A stretch of DNA of 64,000 bases from Oscillospiraceae bacterium (GCA_016296505.1 JAEDJD010000010.1:18119-82118); one strand, 5' to 3'; positions 46,048-55,735 are shown, counted from the first letter of the stretch. Made by a program: numbers and translations. Notes: generated by a model not told the origin, from the letters alone.

Positions 46048-47568
46048 ATGCGTCTGGTCACACCGCTTGAAATGATGAAGCTGGAAGATATGGCAAATCA
46101 GTCCGGCGTCACCTATGATATCATGATGAATCGTGCTGGAACCGGTCTTGCCGCGCATCTTGCACACATCGCAAACGAGAGCCAGCAGAATCGGCTTCTG
46201 TTCCTCTGCGGAAACGGTAACAACGCCGGCGATTGCTTTGTCGCGGCAACACATCTCGCGAAACAATTCGAGATTACTGTCTGTCTGGTCTCAGGCGTGC
46301 CAAAAACAAGAACCGCTTATACCAAATATAAGCTCATGAAGCACGTCACCGTACTGACTGATCATGCGCAGATTCTGGAAGCAGTCCAATCGCACGGGTT
46401 AATTGTGGATGGCATCTTCGGCATTGGCTTCCGCGGGGAACTGAGTCCGCAGATTCAAGAATTGTTCGCAGCCGCAGAAGCTCCCGATAAGCAAATCATT
46501 GCAGTAGATATTCCGAGCGGCGGTTCCGGTTTGATCGGCACAGTCGCCGACGGTACCCCGCATTGCCATATCACCGTGACATTCGGCGCTGCCAAAACTG
46601 GTCTTTTTATCACCCCGCTTTCAGAGCATTGCGGCGCAATTCTTCTTGTTGATATCGGGCTGCCGGAAAGCGCATTCGATGCGCTCGAATATCCGATCAC
46701 GCATATTGACATGGATACGATCCGCACGCTGCTGCCGGCTCGTCCGCAAAATGGTCATAAGGGAATGTTCGGCAAACTGCTCTGCGTCACCGGTTCGCGC
46801 ACCATGCCCGGAGCAGCATTGCTTTCTACGCAGGCAGCACTTCGCTGCGGAGTCGGGCTTTGCTGTCTAGCCTCTGACCCCGACGTATGCCGAATGCTCA
46901 TGATGTATGCACCAGAAGCAACCATTCAGCCGCTTCTCACCGACGCCAACGGAATGTTGACGCAAAACGCCATTCCGGAGATACTCCGCATAGCCAAACA
47001 GGCAAACTGCATTCTGATTGGATGCGGTCTTGGACAATCGGCGGAAGTCCAAGCAGTGATACAGGCGCTGATTCCACAGCTTGATTGTCCAATCATTTTA
47101 GACGCAGACGGTCTAAATGCTATAGTCTCCAGCATAGATATATTACGGAAAGCAAAGTCGAAGATTGTGCTGACGCCGCATCCCGGTGAAATGGCACGCC
47201 TGCTGCACTGCACTGTCGAAGAGGTTCAAAAAGACCGCTTCACCGCAGCAAAACGACTTGCAAACCGCTTCCCGAATACGATTGTTGTGCTAAAAGGCGC
47301 CGGAACGATCGTAGCCGTCTCCGACCACGCGAGCATCAACACAAACGGCAATTCCGGTATGAGCAAGGGCGGCAGCGGCGATATACTTGCCGGAATGATC
47401 GCAGGACTTGCCGCGCAGCAGATTCAGCCGGAACACGCAGCACAAATCGGCGTCTATCTGCATGGACTTGCCGGTGATTGTGCAGCAGCAGAATTTTCCA
47501 AACGCGCCATGCTGCCTAGTGATATGCTCCAACAGCTCCCGGTCCTATTCGGAGAATTTGAAGAATAA
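46048..47568 (+). CDS. nnr: bifunctional NAD(P)H-hydrate epimerase / ADP-dependent dehydratase
   Basis: N-terminal YjeF_N ('CGNGNNAGD') plus a C-terminal carbohydrate-kinase-like domain ('GSGD.LAG'). Confidence 0.9.
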   Translation: MRLVTPLEMMKLEDMANQSGVTYDIMMNRAGTGLAAHLAHIANESQQNRLLFLCGNGNNAGDCFVAATHLAKQFEITVCLVSGVPKTRTAYTKYKLMKHVTVLTDHAQILEAVQSHGLIVDGIFGIGFRGELSPQIQELFAAAEAPDKQIIAVDIPSGGSGLIGTVADGTPHCHITVTFGAAKTGLFITPLSEHCGAILLVDIGLPESAFDALEYPITHIDMDTIRTLLPARPQNGHKGMFGKLLCVTGSRTMPGAALLSTQAALRCGVGLCCLASDPDVCRMLMMYAPEATIQPLLTDANGMLTQNAIPEILRIAKQANCILIGCGLGQSAEVQAVIQALIPQLDCPIILDADGLNAIVSSIDILRKAKSKIVLTPHPGEMARLLHCTVEEVQKDRFTAAKRLANRFPNTIVVLKGAGTIVAVSDHASINTNGNSGMSKGGSGDILAGMIAGLAAQQIQPEHAAQIGVYLHGLAGDCAAAEFSKRAMLPSDMLQQLPVLFGEFEE

Positions 47569-47633
47569 AGATAGAGGGCATTCCTCAGTAAAATAAATGT
47601 CGTCAAAAGCAAATCATTTTTGGAGGCTTATCA

Positions 47634-48278
47634 ATGAGACATTTGAAAACACTGAGAAATGCCCTGTTTTTCTGCGTACCTGCGGCAATTTTCCTACAGG
47701 GCTGCGATATGCCGCAGAATGACGCGACATTTCAGCCGCTTCACGCCGAGTCCTACGAAGCAGATATTCTGCTCGAATACGGCGAATCACAAACCGCCGG
47801 TCTGCATCTGACGCGTATTGGAGACGCGGTATGGGACGCAACATTTTCCGAACCGGCAGCACTATCCGGCGTTGTCCTCAGCTTTGACGGAAACGCAGTC
47901 AGCGCAAGCTACAAAGGACTTGCATTTACAATACCGAAGTCCGCGCTTCCAGCAAAAAATATGCTTGGAATCGTAACAGAAGCTCTTGACGCAGCCGATG
48001 CCGCTGAATCACTCCCCTGTACGCAGCAGGAGGATGGCAACTGGTGCTATCAGGGCACCTGTGCCGGCGGCAACTATACGTTAACATTTGCACAATCCGG
48101 CGAACCGCTTATATTTGATTTACCATCGCAGCCACTGAAGCTGACATTTTCCGAATTTAAGGTCATACAGAGCACAATAGAAACATCCGACGTTCAAACC
48201 ACTGTATCTACAAATGAAACCGCATTCACAGAAAGCAGCTGTGAAACAACTGCTACTTCGACCACAACCAATACATAA
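47634..48278 (+). CDS. hypothetical lipoprotein
   Basis: SD GGAGG. Lipobox 'IFLQGC'. Thr-rich C-terminus. Confidence 0.55.
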   Translation: MRHLKTLRNALFFCVPAAIFLQGCDMPQNDATFQPLHAESYEADILLEYGESQTAGLHLTRIGDAVWDATFSEPAALSGVVLSFDGNAVSASYKGLAFTIPKSALPAKNMLGIVTEALDAADAAESLPCTQQEDGNWCYQGTCAGGNYTLTFAQSGEPLIFDLPSQPLKLTFSEFKVIQSTIETSDVQTTVSTNETAFTESSCETTATSTTTNT

Positions 48279-48283
48279 AACAA

Positions 48284-48313
48284 GGGCACGTCAAATTGAC
48301 GTGCCCTGTTTTC
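48284..48313. terminator. bidirectional terminator
   Basis: AGGGCACGTCAA / TTGACGTGCCCT palindrome followed by GTTTT. It lies between convergent genes. Confidence 0.75.
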
Positions 48314-48346
48314 ATGATTCAGTTTCTTATATCTGAAACAGAATAA

Positions 48347-51334
48347 TTAGCCCTTAGAACCAAGATCCGAATACGGGATCAGCTTTGCGATGAAGCGCAG
48401 AATCTTAACCGTATCTTCAGAATCCGGCTTGCCGCTTGCGTTAACGTCAGCATTCAGCTTACCCTGCGTAGAAATCTTCGCGCTAGCATCTTCAGCAACG
48501 AAGCGAGCAAGCAGAACAGCATCGGAAACATCCACGCGTTCTTCGGGAGTGGACTCTTTGGATTCGTTGACATTACCCCAGTCAACGTCGGTCGGATCAC
48601 CTGTTGTAGTAGAGGTTGTACCAGTAGTGGTACCACCCTGGCTAGACCAATCGTACTCTACATCCTTGCTCTGCAGGAACTCAGTGATCCATGCAAGCGG
48701 AGCATTCCAGTTGATGGTAACCTCGTTCGTAGACCATGCCTCGATGGAGTCAACGAAGCATCTCTGAGACGGGTTATCATCTTCGCCCGGAATAAATGCG
48801 AGTGCGCGGACATACGGATCCTGGAGACCTGCATTCGGACCACCGGAGAGAATACCATCCGGAGCAGTCGGCAGGGTCTTATCCAGCTCGTTCGACCAAT
48901 ATCTGTGGTGCGGGTTCTTCTCGCGGTAGCTACCGTAACCGGTAATGAAAGAGAAGGACAGCGGGTTGGTACCAAGCAGATAGTCCATACCCTGCGTAAC
49001 GCCGCTCAGATAGTTAATATCCTGAGTCTGGTCATAAGCATATGCCATAACGATCAGGTTATTGATAACCATGGAGTTGGAACCCCACTCATAACCCTTA
49101 ATCACGATGCTCGGATCGAGGTTATTCGGGTCAGTGTAGCCAGGACCGTCATACTTATACGGAATGCCGTAGCCCTGATCTTTTTCGGTCTCGATATAGC
49201 TGTCAGCAGCTTCGAGGATGGAACTCTCAAGGATAGACACCTGATCATCAGTCAGGATATCCTTATGGAGAGCGAGAGACAGGGAACCAGCAGAAGCAGT
49301 GTTACCCCAGTTGAACGTGGTATAGGAACCCTCACCACTTGCGTTCTCACCACCAGTGATTCTGGTTGTTACCTTGAAAGCATTCGTATACTTGGAAAGC
49401 TTGCTGAGATAGGTATCAGCAGCAGAATCGCCCATTTCCTTTGCAGAAATGAAGATTTCGCAAGCTGCCCAGTAAGCGTCATCGCGAACCTCGTTATCAC
49501 CGTAAGGACCGCCGCCCTTTGCCTGATACATCGGTGCGTACAACGAAGTTTTATTGGTTTCCTCAGAAGCGGTAGCCTCATAGTAATGCTTATCAAAAGC
49601 CTCGAAAGCTTCGATTGCAGTGGAGAGATACTCCTTCGCCTGTGCTTCATCATACGGAGCCCAGAGTCTAGCTGCCTGTGCTGCGCAAGCTGCATAGTTC
49701 AGCGTTGCAGCGAATGTTGGCGGCTTAACGATACGAACGGTGTCCCAACCGCCCTCGGATACGGCGCCTTCATAGTCCCACGGCTTTGTTGCAAGACCAG
49801 TCCACTTATGGTCGTGGAGCTTGTGGTAGTACAGACCTGCATACTTACCCCAAGTCGGCTCGCTTGCATCGACCTTCATAGCCTGAATGAAGTCAAGCTC
49901 GTACTTGCATTCGTCGAGGATATCCGGAATCTTATTATCAGTTTCCGGAATTACGACTGTACCGGAACCGTTGGCAAACTTTTTCTTGGTTTCTTCAGAG
50001 TGGAGTGCTCTTTCATACATATTCTGGAGCGTCCAAACGGAGATACCGCCGTTAACAACGTACTTACCGTGGTCACCAGCGTCATACCAACCCTTGTTTG
50101 CGGTGATCTGGGAAGAAGCGTGCGTACCGCTTGCATCGGTCTTTGCAGCATACTCGTTGATCCAAGCGTCCTGAACGTAAGCTTTGTCCGTCTTATGACC
50201 GCCCTGGTGTGCCAGTGCTGCCTGATCCTTACAGGATGTGATGTAATCCATTTCGATATCAATACCGGAACGGTTCTGATAGAAATAGTTGATCGCATTG
50301 GTCAGCAGGTTGTGATCCTTATCAGTATAGATATCGTCAGCGATTCTGAATTCGAACGATCTCCACTCCTTGCCCTTAATACGGAGATAATAGGTACCCG
50401 GAGTCTTGTAATCGGAGAAATCAATCTTGCAGACGTTATCATGAGAGTCAGCATCATATTCCGGAGCAGTGGTCTCGCCGGTTGCAACAACAGTGCCGCC
50501 CTTTGCGTCGACCAGTTCCCATGTTTGCGCGCCGGAGAGAGAGATAGAGGTTGCGCCATGGAAAACGTCGCCCTTGTTATCGCCGAGAACGGCAATCTTC
50601 TTCAGCTCAGGGAAATAACCGAGCTGGTTTACGGAGATATAGTTATTCTCCAGACCGCTGTAGTCACGGCTGATCGCGCCATAGCGCTCATTCGGATCCG
50701 CGTCGCATTCGTTGCAGCTCGTGCAGATGATCGACATATCATCGAACCAAAGCTCATCGCCGTCCTCAGCGTTACCGCCGTAGTTGTTCTTGGAACCCTT
50801 TGCATAGTGGAATGCCCACTCAACAGCTTCGAGATCCTTTGTAGGAGTAAAGGAGCCCTCAAAGGTCTGATATTCTGTCGTCAGTTTGACAGCATTGCCC
50901 CATTCGCCGTTAAAAGCCGGTCCAAGGACAAACTTGCCATCCTTCAGATCGCAATATTCTTCGTCACCCTTTGTATTACCGATCTTAGAGCAAAGCTCCA
51001 TGCCGGCACGCTTAGCCTTAACCTTGCAGCTGATTTCATAGGTGTGACCCGCCTTGAAATTCAGGTTTCTGTGACGGAACTGCAGATCCCACTTTGCGCC
51101 GTCAGCGCCTTCACCGGTAACGACCGTGATGTGGAATGCGCCGTCTTCGATCTTAAAGTTCTGCTTTGCGGGGCTAGATTCGCAGGTATGCCAAGGAAGC
51201 GCCTTATGAGTAAAGTCGCTTTCACCCAGAACCTGACCTGCCGATACAGTCATCGGTGCAATGCTTGCGACTGTCGGCGCGACCATTGTCAGAGCCATGA
51301 GGCCTGCAACGATCAGTTTCGATTTTCTGTGCAT
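48347..51334 (-). CDS. cellulosomal endoglucanase: CBM4_9 - Ig-like - GH9 - dockerin
   Basis: Signal peptide MHRKSKLIVAGLMALTMVAP. CBM4-like N-terminal module. 'ISVNQLGYFP' Ig-like (CelD_N) module. GH9 motifs 'GWYDAGDHGKY' and 'NPHHRYWS'. C-terminal dockerin 'VDVSDAVLLARF...NADVNASGKPDSEDTVKILRFI'. Start at ATG 51334 (SD GGGAGGG). Confidence 0.88.
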   Translation of the reverse strand: MHRKSKLIVAGLMALTMVAPTVASIAPMTVSAGQVLGESDFTHKALPWHTCESSPAKQNFKIEDGAFHITVVTGEGADGAKWDLQFRHRNLNFKAGHTYEISCKVKAKRAGMELCSKIGNTKGDEEYCDLKDGKFVLGPAFNGEWGNAVKLTTEYQTFEGSFTPTKDLEAVEWAFHYAKGSKNNYGGNAEDGDELWFDDMSIICTSCNECDADPNERYGAISRDYSGLENNYISVNQLGYFPELKKIAVLGDNKGDVFHGATSISLSGAQTWELVDAKGGTVVATGETTAPEYDADSHDNVCKIDFSDYKTPGTYYLRIKGKEWRSFEFRIADDIYTDKDHNLLTNAINYFYQNRSGIDIEMDYITSCKDQAALAHQGGHKTDKAYVQDAWINEYAAKTDASGTHASSQITANKGWYDAGDHGKYVVNGGISVWTLQNMYERALHSEETKKKFANGSGTVVIPETDNKIPDILDECKYELDFIQAMKVDASEPTWGKYAGLYYHKLHDHKWTGLATKPWDYEGAVSEGGWDTVRIVKPPTFAATLNYAACAAQAARLWAPYDEAQAKEYLSTAIEAFEAFDKHYYEATASEETNKTSLYAPMYQAKGGGPYGDNEVRDDAYWAACEIFISAKEMGDSAADTYLSKLSKYTNAFKVTTRITGGENASGEGSYTTFNWGNTASAGSLSLALHKDILTDDQVSILESSILEAADSYIETEKDQGYGIPYKYDGPGYTDPNNLDPSIVIKGYEWGSNSMVINNLIVMAYAYDQTQDINYLSGVTQGMDYLLGTNPLSFSFITGYGSYREKNPHHRYWSNELDKTLPTAPDGILSGGPNAGLQDPYVRALAFIPGEDDNPSQRCFVDSIEAWSTNEVTINWNAPLAWITEFLQSKDVEYDWSSQGGTTTGTTSTTTGDPTDVDWGNVNESKESTPEERVDVSDAVLLARFVAEDASAKISTQGKLNADVNASGKPDSEDTVKILRFIAKLIPYSDLGSKG

Positions 51335-51589
51335 AAAAAACCCTCCCGTTTTTTTAGTATATAACCGCAGCCAGTACGAGCTGCGCTTATATTTGTCCAG
51401 AAAGCGGATACAGCTCAAGAATGCAGCATAAAAGGCGCACCGAATCACTTTGTTTTTGCAAACGGCTGCAGGATTGATGCAGCTTTATGCGAAAACAACG
51501 GTAATTCCAGCGTTTTCATGTCCATTATACAAGCTGTATTAGTTTCTTCGGGATATTACTGCGCTGCAACGCAGTCTCCCTTTGAGTAC

Positions 51590-51618
51590 ATTATAATACA
51601 AGATTGGTTTCTTGTAAA
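51590..51618 (-). promoter_or_regulatory. candidate promoter of the GH9 gene (implies a leader of about 250 nt)
   Basis: Minus strand: TTTACA (51618-51613), 17 nt spacer, TATAAT (51595-51590). Confidence 0.35.
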
Positions 51619-51859
51619 GAGTTTTTTGAAACTTTGTCGGAAGTGTATAATCGAAAAGACATTTTTTGTAAAAATCGCCCAAAGATATTTGTTCATATTT
51701 TTTGGCATTTCTTGATACAAACCTTGGCTGCTTCTCTCATAAATCGTGGTAGAATTACTGTGAAATATTACATATAGTTATAGAGAATACGCGAATTTAT
51801 TAAATTGCACATACTATCCGCGTTTGCTTTTGTAGAATATCACAATTTTTTGGCGGCGC

Positions 51860-51888
51860 TTGACAAATCCGGTCGGATATGTTATAAT
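51860..51888 (+). promoter_or_regulatory. consensus sigma-A promoter of the SSS transporter gene
   Basis: TTGACA, 17 nt spacer, TATAAT. Confidence 0.6.
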
Positions 51889-51989
51889 TGCTTTGCTGCG
51901 TTAAAGCTGTATAGCATAAAAACATCAAAGCGTAAAAGCAACAACAGCTTTCCCAGTATACTACTTATATTCTATTTAGGAGGCTTCTT

Positions 51990-53576
51990 ATGTCACCATC
52001 CCAGATTATCACGCTTGTCGTAGTGGTGATTTATGCCGCTGTCATGATTACAATCGGCTTTATCACTTCAAGAAAGACAAAAAGCGTCAATGACTTTGTG
52101 TTCGGCGGCAACAAGATCGGTCCATGGATGACTGCATTTGCATTTGGCACAGCGTATTTTTCGGCAGTCGTATTCATCGGCTATGCCGGACAGTTTGGCT
52201 GGAGCTACGGCGTATCTGCGGCATGGATTGGCATCGGCAACGCGCTGATCGGCGCAACGCTTGCTTGGATGGTTCTCGGTAAGCGAACCCGTTTGATGAC
52301 AAAGCATCTGGAAGCAAAAACCATGCCGGATTTCTTTATGAAGCGATATGGCAGCTCCAAGCTCAAAACCGCAGCGGCAGTCATCGTCTTTCTGTTTATG
52401 ATTCCGTATACCGCTTCCGTTTATAATGGTCTTTCGCGATTGTTTGCGATGGCATTCAGCCTTACCTCTGAGAATGCGTATCAGTATGTCATGATTGCGA
52501 TGACGGTTCTGAGTGCAATTTACGTTGTACTCGGCGGCTACTCCGCAACAGCGGTCAACGATTTCATTCAGGGCATCATCATGCTTGTCGGCATCTCTGC
52601 GGTTGTGATCTGCATTCTCAATTATAACGGCGGTTTTGGCAGCTCGATTGAAATGCTCAAGCAAGTCACTGCCGTACCGGATGGCAAGCTCGCATCAGTT
52701 TTCGGACCGGATCCGATCAATCTCTTTGGCGTTGTAATCCTGACCTCGCTCGGTACATGGGGATTACCGCAGATGACGCATAAATTCTACGCAATCCGCG
52801 ATGAAAAAGATATTAAGCGCGGTCTGGTCATTTCAACGATTTTCTGCCTGATCGTCTCCGGCGGATGCTATCTGCTCGGCGGCTTCACCCGACTGTTCAA
52901 CACGACAAAGGACGGTCAGGGCGTCGGTACAAACGTCATCCAGACGCTCTCCAACGGCAAACTTGAATTTGACGCAATGGTACCGAATATGCTGCAAACA
53001 GCGCTGCCGCCGCTGCTGATCGGACTGGTCGTTGTTCTGGTACTCAGCGCGTCGCTCTCAACGCTTTCCGCGCTCGTTCTGACATCCTCAACCACGCTCG
53101 CGCACGACCTTATCCGTCCGGCTTCCAAGGGCAAAATGGACGATAAAAAGGAATTTATTACGATGCGTGTACTGATCGTATTCTTCCTGCTGATTTCCGT
53201 TATCCTCGCAATGAACAAGAACGCCGCAATCACAACGCTTATGAGCTATTCATGGGGTGCGCTTTCCGGCTCATTCCTCGGCCCGTTCCTCTGGGGATTG
53301 TTCAGCAAAAAAACAACAAAGGCTGCCGTCTGGACAAGTTTCGCTTTCGGCGTCATTTCCACTATGTCGCATATGTGCGTATTCACGTTCTTCAAGGATA
53401 GCTGTTCCGGTTTTGTCAAGTGGGCGGCGTCGCTGCCGCTCAATCTCGCATCACCGATCAATGCAGGCGCTCTGCTGATGATTCTTTCCATTCTCATTGT
53501 ACCGGTTGTATCCGTATTCACAAAACCCTGCGAACAAGAAACTGTCGATCACGCTTTTGCTGCATTGAAAAAATAA
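51990..53576 (+). CDS. sodium:solute symporter (SSS) family transporter
   Basis: 528 aa, about 13 TM segments. 'GGNKIGPWMTAFAFGTAYFSA' is typical of PutP/PanF-like SSS proteins. The substrate cannot be determined from sequence. Confidence 0.8.
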   Translation: MSPSQIITLVVVVIYAAVMITIGFITSRKTKSVNDFVFGGNKIGPWMTAFAFGTAYFSAVVFIGYAGQFGWSYGVSAAWIGIGNALIGATLAWMVLGKRTRLMTKHLEAKTMPDFFMKRYGSSKLKTAAAVIVFLFMIPYTASVYNGLSRLFAMAFSLTSENAYQYVMIAMTVLSAIYVVLGGYSATAVNDFIQGIIMLVGISAVVICILNYNGGFGSSIEMLKQVTAVPDGKLASVFGPDPINLFGVVILTSLGTWGLPQMTHKFYAIRDEKDIKRGLVISTIFCLIVSGGCYLLGGFTRLFNTTKDGQGVGTNVIQTLSNGKLEFDAMVPNMLQTALPPLLIGLVVVLVLSASLSTLSALVLTSSTTLAHDLIRPASKGKMDDKKEFITMRVLIVFFLLISVILAMNKNAAITTLMSYSWGALSGSFLGPFLWGLFSKKTTKAAVWTSFAFGVISTMSHMCVFTFFKDSCSGFVKWAASLPLNLASPINAGALLMILSILIVPVVSVFTKPCEQETVDHAFAALKK

Positions 53577-53617
53577 GCCGCAGTTCAATCTATACGATTT
53601 GTATTGGTATTCATTTT

Positions 53618-53926
53618 GCCGTCCAGTGTATTGAGAAATACATTGGACGGTCAGCTTGTAGATAAAGTCCTCTGTTCTGATTTAGAATCACACAAGAGAG
53701 GTATAGAGATCAATAATGGGGCACTTCCCCCAAACCCCTATCTTCTCGAAACAGAACGCAAAATGTGGAGTTTCTCACTCTGCGGAGTGCGACTAAGGGC
53801 AGCGCCCTTAGAACCCGCGAGCTTTTGAACAAGCTCGACCAAAACTTTTATTTCACCTTCAGTGTGTGCACCCGTAAATTTCTCGACAAACTGGCCGTCC
53901 AATGTGCTGAGAAGTACATTGGACGG
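53618..53926. mobile_element. 309-bp MITE-like element / structured repeat with ~48-bp terminal inverted repeats
   Basis: Left end is GCCGTCCAGTGTATTGAGAAATACATTGGACGG+TCAGCTTGTAGATAA (53618-53665). Right end is TTCTCGACAAACTGG+CCGTCCAATGTGCTGAGAAGTACATTGGACGG (53879-53926). Each end carries the same self-complementary hairpin, and the inner 15 nt are inverted (11/15). No ORF has coding features. Confidence 0.45.
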
Positions 53927-54130
53927 TTTTTGCTGTATTTTAAAAAACATCCGAACAGCCTCCGCAATTCCTTTCCATAGAGATATATCAACATCATAAA
54001 TCATGAAACCGCGTCAATCTGCATATGGTGTAGCAGACAGGACGCCGTACACTCGTCTGCGGCGTCCAGCAAACAAGGAGTGAGCAGATTGCGTAAACAG
54101 CCCTATTCTCCCACGCGTACTGAAGCTGAT

Positions 54131-54403
54131 ATGCTCGACGACCGCGCCCTGCGGCTCGGCACCTATATCGCAGAGCATTCGGCAACCGTCCGCAGCACCG
54201 CCGCAGTATTCGGCGTTTCCAAATCAACCGTACATAAGGATATTACAGTCCGGCTCCCAAAGCTGCACGCCGGACTGTCCGCACAGGTTCGCGAGATCAT
54301 CGAAAAAAATAAGCAGGAGCGCCATATCCGTGGTGGACTTGCAACCAAACGCAAATACGAAACAGAAAAGAATCTTCGCCATCGGCACATGGAATTGCAT
54401 TGA
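54131..54403 (+). CDS. spoIIID: sporulation transcriptional regulator SpoIIID
   Basis: 'RALRLGTYIAEHSATVRSTAAVFGVSKSTVHKDITVRLPKL...IRGGLATKRKY' aligns with B. subtilis SpoIIID from residue 1. An alternative upstream TTG at 54089 has SD AAGGAG. Confidence 0.85.
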   Translation: MLDDRALRLGTYIAEHSATVRSTAAVFGVSKSTVHKDITVRLPKLHAGLSAQVREIIEKNKQERHIRGGLATKRKYETEKNLRHRHMELH

Positions 54404-54481
54404 ATCTGAGCGTCCCCTGCATCCAGTTCGCTGATTATGTAACAATTTGGAAACAAAGCCGAAAAAAGCAGTCTTTTGTAC

Positions 54482-54510
54482 TTGACGAAAGCGAAAAAAA
54501 GTAGTAAAAT
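54482..54510 (+). promoter_or_regulatory. sigma-A promoter of pfkA
   Basis: TTGACG, 17 nt spacer, TAAAAT. Confidence 0.5.
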
Positions 54511-54595
54511 AGTAATCGGCAGATTATGCATGATATAAAAAGGATGCTGCTGTGCGCTTATAGCATGGTATGCAATCACGAGGAGGATAAAAACT

Positions 54596-55555
54596 ATGAA
54601 GCGAATTGGTGTTCTGACAAGCGGCGGCGACGCGCCGGGCATGAATGCTGCAATCCGTGCGGTTGTCCGCACCGCGATTTACCAAGGGATGTCCGTCATC
54701 GGTATCAACAGAGGCTATAACGGTCTGCTGAACCACGACGTATATGAAATGGATCTGCGTTCAGTTTCGTCCATCATTCAGCGCGGCGGTACTAAGCTGT
54801 TCTCCGCTCGCTGCGCAGAATTCAAGGAAGAAGCAGGCGTCCTGAAGGGCGTTGCGGCTTGTAAAGAGCTTGGCATCGAGGGTCTTGTTGTGATCGGCGG
54901 CGACGGCTCCTACCGCGGCGCTGGCGATCTCTCCGCACACGGCATTCCCTGCATCGGTATTCCCGGAACGATCGACAACGATATTTCCAGTACCGATTTC
55001 ACGATCGGCTACGATACCGCAATGAATACCGTTATGGAACTTGTTGACAAGCTCCGCGATACCAGCCATAGCCACGATAGATGCTCCATCGTCGAGGTTA
55101 TGGGCAGAGGCGCAGGTTATATTGCCGTCAATACCGGCGTTGCTTGCGGCGCAGTTGAGATTTTATGTCCGGAACGGGAATACAATCTCGATACAATCAT
55201 TGAGAAAATGCAGGCAAGCCGTAAAATCGGCAAGCAGAATTTCATTATAATTGTAGCGGAGGGCGTCGGTCATTCCGAGGAAATCGCAAAGACAATTCAG
55301 GAAAAGACCGGCATTGAATCCCGTGCAACGATTCTCGGTCATGTACAGCGCGGCGGTTCGCCAACAGTACGTGACAGAGTTCTCGCAAGCCAGATGGGTA
55401 ATTATGCTGTAAATCTGCTGGAGCAGGGCATCGGTAACCGCGTTGTCGGCGTCCGCGGCACAAAGCTTGTCGATTACGATATTCAGGAAGCGCTCAAGAT
55501 GACGAAGCCGTTTGAGGATGATCTTTACGATCTGACGAAAATAATCAGTATCTAA
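54596..55555 (+). CDS. pfkA: ATP-dependent 6-phosphofructokinase
   Basis: 'MKRIGVLTSGGDAPGMNAAIRAVVR' and 'GIPGTIDND'. 319 aa. Confidence 0.96.
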   Translation: MKRIGVLTSGGDAPGMNAAIRAVVRTAIYQGMSVIGINRGYNGLLNHDVYEMDLRSVSSIIQRGGTKLFSARCAEFKEEAGVLKGVAACKELGIEGLVVIGGDGSYRGAGDLSAHGIPCIGIPGTIDNDISSTDFTIGYDTAMNTVMELVDKLRDTSHSHDRCSIVEVMGRGAGYIAVNTGVACGAVEILCPEREYNLDTIIEKMQASRKIGKQNFIIIVAEGVGHSEEIAKTIQEKTGIESRATILGHVQRGGSPTVRDRVLASQMGNYAVNLLEQGIGNRVVGVRGTKLVDYDIQEALKMTKPFEDDLYDLTKIISI

Positions 55556-55611
55556 GCAAATACTGGCAGCATTGCCAATCCAAAATCATGCCGGGCAGAG
55601 GCATAGTCTCT

Positions 55612-55721
55612 GCCGCAGAGTAGAAAATTCCGCGTGAAGTGCCATTCGAACGGGGAGTTGTCGAATGGACGAAAAGCGTCAGCAGAACGCTTGCGGTGGA
55701 GTTTTCGCATCCCGCTGAGGC
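55612..55721 (+). promoter_or_regulatory. THF (tetrahydrofolate) riboswitch aptamer
   Basis: GCCGCAGAGUAGAAAAUUCCGCGUGAAGUGCC...GAACGGGGAGUUGUCG...ACGAAAAGCG...GCGGUGGAGUUUUCGCAUCCCGCUGAGGC reproduces, block for block, the conserved THF-I motif as I recall it from the Eubacterium siraeum folT aptamer (AGAGUAG..UUCGCGU.AAGUG / GGGAUGUCG / ACGAAGCG / GCGGUGA..GCAUCCGCU). It lies directly upstream of folT. Confidence 0.8.
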
Positions 55722-55735
55722 ATAAGGGAAATATC

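Noticed and set aside
48905-51364. 819-aa ORF on the plus strand, the longest 'extra' ORF in the track.
   Set aside because: It is entirely antisense to the GH9 gene, which has signal peptide, catalytic and dockerin motifs. The antisense product is low-complexity (Val/Ile/Arg/Cys-rich) with no SD or recognisable domain. It is a mirror-frame artefact.
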